Below, piece after piece: positions 1 to 9,247 of a stretch of 45,872 nt of DNA (positions within the stretch are counted from its first letter, which is position 1; each line of letters begins with the position of its first letter). The notes beneath the pieces are model-generated. The model saw only the letters and a list, made by a program, of their open reading frames with translations. It made no database searches and had not been told where the DNA came from. The stretch covers positions 50,161,734 through 50,207,605 of the forward strand of contig NC_068991.1 of assembly GCF_001194135.2 (NCBI RefSeq). Direction: 5' to 3'. The translations under genes and the position numbers were made by a program. This DNA comes from Octopus bimaculoides (taxonomy: Eukaryota).

Positions 1-99
1 CTATATATATATATCTGTCCTAAAGAAGAAAACAGACGTGTGACTATAGGGGATTCGCCATGATAGATCGCTAACTACTACACACATTTTTTTCTCTCT

Positions 100-262
100 T
101 TGTTTCTCTCCTTGTTTCTTTCCGTGTTCCTTTCTATGGAAGAGCGTAGGCTCGAAACGTTAAAGACTTTTTCAATTCCCGAGCGTTATACTAATACATC
201 TATTTGTTTTCTACACCACCTGTCTTCGTCTGTTGTTTTTTTTTTTTGTGAATTCTCCCTAT
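100..262 (+). mobile_element. Penelope-like element terminal (pLTR) fragment carrying a degenerate hammerhead-like motif
   Basis: GAAGAGCGTAGGCTCGAAACGTT at 139-161 resembles the CTGAnGA..stem..GAAAC terminus of Penelope-like elements; (TA)n follows at ~260. Confidence 0.5.
130..165 (+). ncRNA. Degenerate type I minimal hammerhead ribozyme-like fold
   Basis: Stem I CTTT(130-133)/AAAG(162-165); core CTATGGA (non-canonical); stem II GAGC-GTAG-GCTC; GAAAC; palindromic AACGTT stem III; triplet GUU. Confidence 0.4.
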
Positions 263-320
263 ATATATATATCTGTATGTGTGCATGAATGTATGTATGT
301 ATATACATAGTATGCATAAT

Positions 321-361
<41 letters not shown>

Positions 362-406
362 TACATATAATGTATATATATTATATTATATATACACACA
401 CACATG

Positions 407-471
<65 letters not shown>

Positions 472-480
472 GTGTATGTA
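259..480. repeat. Compound microsatellite (TA)n/(TATG)n/(TCTA)n
   Basis: Directly visible tandem repeats. Confidence 0.95.
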
Positions 481-484
481 TGTG

Positions 485-645
485 TATTCTCTTCTATTTT
501 TAATTATTTGAAATCTTCCTGTAAGGAAGGAACTGATTTCTTGCAAAGATGCGAAACTCCATCTTTGGAATGTAGATAAAAATACATTCACATTTTGAAC
601 TTTAGAAAAGTCTTCCATATTTTGACTGCCTTGCTTACAGATCAT
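485..645 (-). mobile_element. Isolated 3'UTR fragment of an R4/Dong-type LINE
   Basis: Aligns by eye with 38310-38460 (CTCTTCTATTTTT.ATTAT.TGAAATCTTC ... TTCACATTTT ... CTTACA), which lies downstream of an RLE-domain ORF; TATG repeats on both sides. Confidence 0.65.
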
Positions 646-1067
646 ATATATGTATGTATGTGTGTATGTATGTATGTATGTATGTATGTTATCAATCAGT
701 TTCATTTCTGTATTTCTTGTCCATAGAGAAAGAGCCGGACTCTAACATAGATTCAAGGCTCCTTCATTGGAACTTTTATCAACATCATCTAGGTATTTGT
801 GCATATGTGTGTGTGTGCAGTATTTGGTGTTAGTGTATGCGCAGATTTGTATGTTTGTTTTATGGGTATGTATGTATGTATGTATGTATGTACGTATAAG
901 AAATCAACTGTGGACAGGGATACGTTCGTTTATGTCTCAAAAATGCATAAAACATGCTGTTTGTCACGACGGCGCCCTACAAAGTCTTCAAGGAGTTGAG
1001 TGTCCAAGGCTAAGGATACACACATAGATACATACACACATACATGTATGTATGTGTGTATATATAT

Positions 1068-1125
1068 TATGGTAGTGCTCCAGCATGGTCGCAGCTAAAT
1101 GACTAAAGCAAATATAAGAATAAAG
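1068..1125 (+). mobile_element. 3' tail fragment of SINE family B
   Basis: GTGCTCCAGCATGGTCGCAGCTAAATGACTAAAGC matches tails at 2460-2517 and 14483-14538. Confidence 0.7.
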
Positions 1126-1131
1126 GAAAAA

Positions 1132-2517
1132 GGCGCAGGAGTGGCTGTGTGGTAAGTAGCTTGTTTACCAACCACATGGTTCCGGGTTCAGTCCCACTGC
1201 GTGGCATCTTGGGCGAGTGTCTTCTACTATATTCTCGGGCCGACCAAAGCCTTGTGAGTGGATTTGGCAGACGGAAACTGAAAGAAGCTCATCGTATATA
1301 TGTATGTGTGTATATATATATATATATATACGCGTGTGTGTGTTTGTGTGTGTGTTTGTGTGTGTGCGTGTGTGTGCGTATGTGTGCGTGTGTGCGTGCG
1401 TGTGTGNNNNNNNNNNNNNNNNNNNNNNNNNNNNNNNNNNNNNNNNNNNNNNNNNNNNNNNNNNNNNNNNNNNNNNNNNNNNNNNNNNNNNNNNNNNNNN
1501 NNNNNNNNNNNNNNNNNNNNNNNNNNNNNNNNNNNNNNNNNNNNNNNNNNNNNNNNNNNNNNNNNNNNNNNNNNNNNNNNNNNNNNNNNNNNNNNNNNNN
1601 NNNNNNNNNNNNNNNNNNNNNNNNNNNNNNNNNNNNNNNNNNNNNNNNNNNNNNNNNNNNNNNNNNNNNNNNNNNNNNNNNNNNNNNNNNNNNNNNNNNN
1701 NNNNNNNNNNNNNNNNNNNNNNNNNNNNNNNNNNNNNNNNNNNNNNNNNNNNNNNNNNNNNNNNNNNNNNNNNNNNNNNNNNNNNNNNNNNNNNNNNNNN
1801 NNNNNNNNNNNNNNNNNNNNNNNNNNNNNNNNNNNNNNNNNNNNNNNNNNNNNNNNNNNNNNNNNNNNNNNNNNNNNNNNNNNNNNNNNNNNNNNNNNNN
1901 NNNNNNNNNNNNNNNNNNNNNNNNNNNNNNNNNNNNNNNNNNNNNNNNNNNNNNNNNNNNNNNNNNNNNNNNNNNNNNNNNNNNNNNNNNNNNNNNNNNN
2001 NNNNNNNNNNNNNNNNNNNNNNNNNNNNNNNNNNNNNNNNNNNNNNNNNNNNNNNNNNNNNNNNNNNNNNNNNNNNNNNNNNNNNNNNNNNNNNNNNNNN
2101 NNNNNNNNNNNNNNNNNNNNNNNNNNNNNNNNNNNNNNNNNNNNNNNNNNNNNNNNNNNNNNNNNNNNNNNNNNNNNNNNNNNNNNNNNNNNNNNNNNNN
2201 NNNNNNNNNNNNNNNNNNNNNNNNNNNNNNNNNNNNNNNNNNNNNNNNNNNNNNNNNNNNNNNNNNNNNNNNNNNNNNNNNNNNNNNNNNNNNNNNNNNN
2301 NNNNNNNNNNNNNNNNNNNNNNNNNNNNNNNNNNNNNNNNNNNNNNNNNNNNNNNNNNNNNNNNNNNNNNNNNNNNNNNNNNNNNNNNCGGTTCAGCCGA
2401 TAAAATAAGTACTAGGCTTACAAAGAATAAGTCCTGGAGTCGATTTGCTCGACTAAAGGTGGTGCTCCAGCATGGCCACAGTCAAATGACTGAAGCAAGT
2501 AAAAGAATAAAAGAATA
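1132..2517 (+). mobile_element. tRNA-derived SINE family B with internal microsatellite (spans gap)
   Basis: Head GGCGCAGGAGTGGCTGTGTGGTAAG with A box and B box (GGTTCAGTCCC), body to ~1300, (TA)/(TG)n, gap, then 3' part ending in (GAATAAAA)n; near-identical to 14137-14538. Confidence 0.85.
1407..2388. other. Assembly gap
   Basis: N run flanked by (TG)n. Confidence 1.
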
Positions 2518-2519
2518 TA

Positions 2520-3379
2520 GAGGGTGCGATGGGTAAATCGTCGCAATTTTATATTTTGAATTTTGTGCATGCGCATTGTTTGTTTTTGGCTTTGTCGACT
2601 ACACAGTGTAGTAGGGTCAGTTGGGCACCATGATGCAATTCACTCTGCTAGAAATTTGGAAACGACATGCTGTACTGCTTGGCATTCGCGCCAGAAGTTT
2701 TAATACGAACATTTGAGAGTCTTTGGGTGTCAATCTGAAAACAGTGCAATCGGAGGACATGTACCGAGAGTGATAAAAATCAAACATTCAGTTAACATCA
2801 TGGTGCTTGGAGTGATCTCTAGTGATGGCGACATTATGCCTCCATTCATCTTCTTACACGGCCTCAGACTCAAAACAGAAGCTTGCATCAAGTGCCTGGA
2901 GGTGGCAGAGCTGCCTTGGGTGAAGAAGATGGCTGCTGGAAGACCCGATGTCTGGCAACAAGTACCATGCCACACAGGCAGGAGAACCTAGTCATGGCTG
3001 CCAGGCAATTTCTGCGACCACATCACCCCCAACATCTGGCCATTTATCTACCCAGACTGCAACTCTCTTGATTATTATCTGTGGGGCACAGTTGAACGAG
3101 ACCAACAAAACTCCTTGTCACACCAAAGATGAACTGAAGGCAAGGATTATTATGGCAGCATTCACCAACTTAAACAAGGAGACCGTTCAGAAGAGTTGCA
3201 GGTGATTCCGAATTCATCTGGCGTACGTGGTTGAAGCCAATGGCGATTTTATTGAATAAATTTACTCTTTAGTATTTCAAGATATTTTAATGTAATTTTG
3301 GTAAATATATTTGTTAAAATGAGATGTCAGTGTTATTATCATTTTTGCGCAATTTAGACAATTCATTCACCGCACCCTG
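2520..3379 (+). mobile_element. Internally deleted Tc1/mariner element, DD37D (maT)-like
   Basis: TA at 2518-19 and 3380-81; imperfect ~30 bp TIRs (GAGGGTGCGATGGGTAAATCGTC / GACAATTCATTCACCGCACCCTG); broken transposase C-half: KHSVNIMVLGVISSDGDIMPPFIF..WQQ..CHT..NFCDHITPNIWP..PDCNSLDYYLWG..KDELKARI..VVEANGDFIE*. Confidence 0.85.
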
Positions 3380-3384
3380 TATAT

Positions 3385-3409
3385 ACATCCATCCATCCAT
3401 CCATCCATC

Positions 3410-3484
<75 letters not shown>

Positions 3485-3485
3485 G
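3385..3485. repeat. (TCCA)n(CA)n(TA)n microsatellite
   Basis: Directly visible. Confidence 0.95.
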
Positions 3486-4881
3486 CTTTGTGTAATAACT
3501 TTATATCTAGGGAACTGTTTAAAGAGTGATAGGAAGGCTAAGACGGAAACCATTACACCATTAAGTACATTCATGTATTAAATCTGGATGATTCTGAATT
3601 ATATTCCTCGTACTATAAACCCAACAAGAGCTTCCATTAAGTTCATAGATTTTCTATTTCATCATAGGTATGTTATTGAAGGCTTAGGAATATTGCGATG
3701 ACGGGCGCCAACCTTTCTGCAAAATCATGGATTTTCAACGACATTGTGGAATAGTATAATGAAGTTATCCAGAGATCTTGCTTCAAGGACAGAATTAAAT
3801 GCATCCCAGTCACCCAGTTTGAGCTGGACTGATGGATTGCAGAGGTACGGAGAACCATATCAGAGAATTTAACGGAAATTCTGCTTGCGCTTGCCTATCT
3901 GATATTAATCGAGTGATGCTGAGACGCTTGGCTGACTCCGTTGAAACAAATAGGGCATCACGTCATTTCAGCAACAACTCAAGCCCCACAGGAGAAGCGT
4001 ACAAACTCCTGAGTCCCGCAGTTATCCAGGGCATGTGAATAGTAAGGAATCTGGGAGAAACATGTACAACTCTCGGTCCATAAGAGACCAGCCAGGAATC
4101 TTGAACTGAGCTATAACGGCGATGAAACATAGGACCTCTGACCACCCGTCTGGGGAATACCCAACCCTGTGACGGGAAGAGGCCGAGAAGGGGGCAGGTG
4201 ATATGGTACGGATTACCCTTTTCCTGTAGTGTGGAAACTAACGTCTCCAGGATCGTTTTTCAGGCCCTTGAGAGAGCCTTTCTCTCACAACATAGTTACC
4301 ATAATATTTACAATTGAAATATTACGAAATTATCCTACTCTGCCACACTCAACGTGGTTTGTATTATAACTGCATCCAATGGATTGAAACCTAGTAAATG
4401 AAACTTGCTGAATATAATGCAGTTACCTATAATGGTGAAACGGGAAACGACGGACTTCCCAAGATCCCAATAAGATTACGCTCACCATGGTATCTAGTTC
4501 AAGAGAATTCGCAAGAAGAGTGGGTGGGGGTTATTGCTGTTGGAAACGGAGACTTACCGAGTATATCACCAATCCAAGTCGATTCGGACACGATATTCTA
4601 GGTTACACCAACTCGGCATGCTTGTCGTTATCCGCTTCGCTACTACACAAAATGACTAACGGACCTTTCTATTCTAGGCCCCCATCTTAGGGAGACTTCA
4701 AAACTTTTGCGCATTTTGCCCTGGTTGGGCAATGTATCCAACCAAATGCATCCAAATGACATTGACTAACTCCAGCCCCTTAAAATTATTGGCCATGAGC
4801 CTCATTCAGAAATCATTATTATTATTGGCGGATTTTTCAATGGACTCGACGATAAACATTTAGATATTCAACCAATTGTTA

Positions 4882-4962
4882 CTCGTGAAATTTATGCATA
4901 AACAGCTGAGCATTCCACAGGTACGTGTACCCTTAACGCAACTGCGGGGTTGATTTTGCGTG
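4882..4962 (-). mobile_element. Old fragment of SINE family C central core
   Basis: CTCGTGAAATT..GCTGAGCA.TCCACAG..ACGTGTACCCTTAACG shared with 38896-38975. Confidence 0.7.
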
Positions 4963-5011
4963 ACCGACTATGTCAGAGCTGGAGTTTTGAATAACAAGTA
5001 AAATTGAATGA

Positions 5012-5030
5012 GCGAGTGAGAGAGAGAGAG

Positions 5031-5119
<89 letters not shown>
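5012..5119. repeat. (GA)n tract
   Basis: Directly visible, ~50 units with few interruptions. Confidence 0.95.
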
Positions 5120-5124
<5 letters not shown>

Positions 5125-6025
5125 CGAAAAGAAGGAACATTCGGTCTCGGTGTTACTTGTCCTACAATTCGGGGAATTCGCCGACATCAAGTTTGCCCTT
5201 CATCCTTTACAAGAAAGAAAGTAGCAGCGTAGTTTTGACGTTCTTCTAATGGATTAACGCTCGAAATTTCTAGCCTCGTGCCTTTCTAATAAACATTTAC
5301 AATTAATATGTTTTCCTTTTGCAAATCCTCGTCGTCACAGCTACACGCAGTGGAGAAGCACAGAACAGAATAGACGAAGATGTCTGTAGTAGTAGTAGTA
5401 GTAGTAGTAGTAGTAATTTCTGTTGTTAATTATTCATTTGTCTTCTTTTTTTTGTTGTTTCTCTTCCATCGTCATCACTTCCTTCTACACCCACTCCCTT
5501 CCATTTACTGTTTTTACATCATTTACATGTGAAAACATTTCCTCTCTTTACTATATCGCATCTTTTGTAGCAGTCTACTTCATCAGCTTTCGTTGTCTAG
5601 TTTTTCTAATTCTTTATAGATCCTACTATAGAAGATCGCTTCTTTCTTCTTTTTTTTCTGCTCTTTTTACTGGCTCCCGTTTCTCTTTACCCAACGTCGT
5701 TCTATTTCTTTTAACTCTCACCACCACCACCACCACCACCACCACTACCAGATCCACCACCACCGCCACCTACGGTGCAATAACGGTCATCTTTAACATT
5801 TACTCGATAATGACCACCTAACATCAAGCTCGGTGTGGAAAACGTACATAAACACTTAAGCAAAGAATACTTTTGCCGCTAATCCCAACTTAGCTGCTCG
5901 TTCACTACCGTATGGATGCACAACCAACCATGTAAAACACTCTTCCTCTCTTTTCTCCTACTTTTCCTCTTTCACCTTCCTCCACCTTTTCCTCGTTTTT
6001 GCTCGTATTCTGCTCTTCTTTTTCG

Positions 6026-6091
<66 letters not shown>

Positions 6092-6604
6092 TCTTTCTCT
6101 GTTTATCTTTGCTGTGTACTTTTCGGATTCAAACCTCTACAACTTATAATTGTCGCCTGGATTGTATATTCTCCTATAGCAGCAAAAGACGAACAACAGT
6201 CTTTTAGTTCGGTCATTCGTAGACTATGCATCGAGAATTTTTCTTGTTTTGTTTCATTCTTCGATGTCCTTTTATGTTGCAAGTTCTCTTTGATATTTCT
6301 CCCTATCAACTGATCGCTAGCAGCAGTTAAAATGAAAAACAATCACCGTGGATGTATTCTACTTTTGCGGAGTCTCTCTTAACTTGTTACTATGCTCCAT
6401 GCAGCCAGCTCAGGGCAAACTTATGTTTTTAACAAAATAGAGGGGGTTAGTCAGAACCCCCAGCGAGTAATACATCCTTTACCTCACAGAACTACCCACA
6501 CCACATCTAAAAAAAAAACATCTTTTCCCCCTATCTCCCCTGCACAAATTTTGATAAGTAAATAATCCTTCAGTCACAACTCTCTCCCTTTCTCTCTCTT
6601 TTCT

Positions 6605-6653
<49 letters not shown>

Positions 6654-6721
6654 TACACACACTCACACACACACACACAAAGAAAAAAAAAACCCTCCTC
6701 AAATTGAAGTTGCTGATCGTG
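5120..6721 (+). promoter_or_regulatory. Probable promoter / long 5'UTR region of the K2P gene
   Basis: Immediately upstream of the start codon; no recognisable SINE/LINE; contains (GTA)n 5386-5415, (CAC)n 5719-5768, (CT)n 6029-6095 and 6590-6641; TSS cannot be placed from sequence. Confidence 0.4.
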
Positions 6722-7061
6722 ATGCCGCGGCCGGGAAACCATGGCTGTTTTTCATTCCTCCACCTACAGGAGGATAATGCGCGTTTCCTGTTGCTCTTCA
6801 TTGTTATGATGGGCTACCTTATGTTTGGAGCTGGCATCTTCATGATTCTGGAGTCTCCGAACGAAGAGGCTGAACGCATAAAAATCAACGCCTCGGTTGA
6901 GGCTTTTCTGGAAAGATACCCGGAGGCAAACCGCACCGATCTGGAATTACTCCTACTTGAATATGCCCACGCAAGTGCCGCCGGTTTTGTCGAAAGTAAA
7001 GCAACTCGTTGGGACTACGTTGGATCATTTTACTTTGTTGGTACTGTTGTTTCAACTATAG
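6722..7061 (+). CDS. KCNK13: First coding exon of a THIK-subfamily two-pore-domain K+ channel (KCNK13/KCNK12-like): N-terminus, TM1, cap, pore helix 1
   Basis: MPRPGNHGCFSFLHLQEDNARFLLLFIVMMGYLMFGAGIFMILE..RWDYVGSFYFVGTVVSTIG matches THIK signatures EDNARF and RWDF.GAFYFVGTVVSTIG(FG); cap sequons NAS and NRT; phase-1 donor G|GTAAGC at 7061/7062. Confidence 0.93.
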
Positions 7062-7270
7062 GTAAGCCGAGCTATTTCATAATTGCCTGCGTACAGTGTT
7101 TTCTACTTTTCCTTTTATATCGCTATGTATACTCTCATATCTTTGCTATATGGCTATCATCTCTACCTTTATATCATTGCTTCGTTTAGTTGTCACGGAA
7201 GACAAGAAATGAACTACTAAATTCAAGTACCATGCGGTTAATACTCTGCTTACAAACGTGCCCCCCCCCC

Positions 7271-7300
7271 CACACACACGCGCGCGCGCGCGCGCGTACA
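7271..7300. repeat. Alternating purine-pyrimidine run (CA)4(CG)9TACA after a C11 tract
   Basis: Directly visible. Confidence 0.9.
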
Positions 7301-7474
7301 TATTTTCACTGCATTTAAAGTGAGACGTGAATCACACGAGTTGTATATTGTGTCCTGTAAACTACAGAAATCACCAGTTATTTGGTTCTTAACTACGTTC
7401 GTTATATGCAAACAGGTGCTTATAAGCACAATCAAAAGGGAAACAAACTAAACTCATAAGGAACGTAGGGAATC

Positions 7475-7530
7475 TCTCTCTCTCTCTCTATCTATCTATC
7501 AATCTCTTTCTCCCCTCTCTCTATATATAC

Positions 7531-7592
<62 letters not shown>

Positions 7593-7760
7593 CGTATATA
7601 TCCATACATGCATACATATATTCATACATATATATTTACAAACATACATAATACATACATACATATATCATACATACATACGTACGTACGTACATACATA
7701 CATACATACACGCATGCATATACGCATACATATACATACGCGCATACATATACATACATA
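7475..7760. repeat. Compound microsatellite (CT)n/(TG)n/(TACA)n
   Basis: Directly visible. Confidence 0.9.
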
Positions 7761-7899
7761 GATATGTGCTCAGATATACACGGAGAAAGATAGTGATACA
7801 CATAAACGGCAATGCATACATAAGCGGTCATATGCCTCTAAAAACAAAATGCTTCATAGTATAGAGTTATTAGTGTATAGAGAGGAAAACACACGCACG

Positions 7900-7948
<49 letters not shown>

Positions 7949-8164
7949 GCAAACACATACCTATAAAGTATAAACTAAATATAAGTATATATGTGCTCCA
8001 GCATGGTCGCAGTCGAATGATTGAAATAATAAAAGATATATATGTACAGTTAAACTTTTAATCTATTTGTTCATTACAACCAGCGATGGTACTCGTCTAC
8101 CTGGACGTAGAGTGAATGTTGAACTAGAATACAATATGATACTGATTTTCCTTGCGTTTGAACC

Positions 8165-8510
8165 CGGTGGTTCTCAAACTACAGCACAGCACACTGGTAT
8201 GCCGTCGTAAGGGGTATCTAGGTGTGCCGCACGGGATATCTGTATGTACCTCAAGGGCTATCGAGATGTGTCGCAAGGGGCATCTTATTGTGCTGCAAGG
8301 GGTATCTAGATGCGCTGCTAGGGGGTATCTATGTTTTCCATCAATGAGTATCTTGGTATGTGCAAGAGTTATCTGGGTGCGTTCAGGACTTATCTAGGTG
8401 CGTCGCACGGGGTATCAATATATTTTCAGAAAAGGGAATTTATTTGTGCCACGAGGGGTGTCTAGGTGCATCGCAAGGGGAACCTACAACAACAATGTCT
8501 TGAAAAAACG
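8165..8510. mobile_element. Probable hAT-type MITE remnant with internal ~21-22 bp minisatellite
   Basis: Left end CGGTGGTTCTCAAACT resembles the CAGTGGTTCTCAA TIR; about 10 degenerate GGGGTATCTAGGTGTGTCGCAA units; right TIR and TSD unclear. Confidence 0.45.
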
Positions 8511-9017
8511 TGTCGTTCATAAATCTGTGGTCCTTAGATATGATAAACAAAATAAGCAGTGGTACCTTTCAAAACTGATATGATTAAGGTAGGGTTGACT
8601 GTGGAATGAGAATGTTTGCTGCGTGGTGAGATAAGAACCGTAGAATACGAGGGAAGATTCTTGTGAGTGTGAGTCGAGTACAAGATGTTTCGGTTCCTAA
8701 AAGTAATTAGATTGCTGTTATGGCCCTGATACCATTGGGAAAATGCATGTATTTCTCACAAGTCCATCCATCACGTTTTGCTGGCTGTAAATCTCGTGTA
8801 TACCTCAGTAAAAGTGCGTTAATCGTGTGCAGGAATGAGGGCTGTGAAGATGGGGGACCCGACTTCGAATCTCGATTGCTGATTTACGTCACTAATGACC
8901 TTGGGAAACGTATGAACGTCATTACTTCCCATATCCACCCCTCCACTGAAAGTATTACTACTTCTGTAACAAATACAACTTAGTGTGCAGAATAAATATA
9001 AAGCAGATAATTGTAAG

Positions 9018-9018
<1 letters not shown>

Positions 9019-9074
<56 letters not shown>
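9019..9074. repeat. (TCTA)n
   Basis: Directly visible. Confidence 0.95.
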
Positions 9075-9075
<1 letters not shown>

Positions 9076-9117
9076 AGTCCGATGATGGGTCAGCTAGCCG
9101 AAACTTCGAAGTCACTG
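9075..9117 (+). ncRNA. Type I minimal hammerhead ribozyme-like fold in a Penelope-like terminus
   Basis: Stem I TAGT/ACTG; core CCGATGA (9079-85); weak stem II GG..CC; GAAAC (9100-04); palindromic stem III ACTTCGAAGT; GUC triplet 9111-13. Confidence 0.6.
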
Positions 9118-9204
9118 GCAATACGATTCTTGTTAAATAATAATAAATTTTCACTCTACCAAAAGTATTGAGAAATCCTTCAGTATAAAAAATTGTTTTT
9201 ATCA

Positions 9205-9214
9205 TAACACACAC

Positions 9215-9247
<33 letters not shown>

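Noticed and set aside
5423-5821. 132 aa hydrophobic ORF upstream of the gene
   Set aside because: TTG start, T-rich and (CAC)n-driven composition, no recognisable domain
6704-6721. TTG-initiated N-terminal extension MKLLIV
   Set aside because: ORF-finder alternative start; the first in-frame ATG is at 6722
7062-7189. Continuation of the 161 aa ORF (KPSYFIIACVQC..)
   Set aside because: Read-through past a canonical GTAAG donor; homology requires GFG next
8180-8490. CRISPR-like array
   Set aside because: Contiguous degenerate units with no unique spacers, in eukaryotic context
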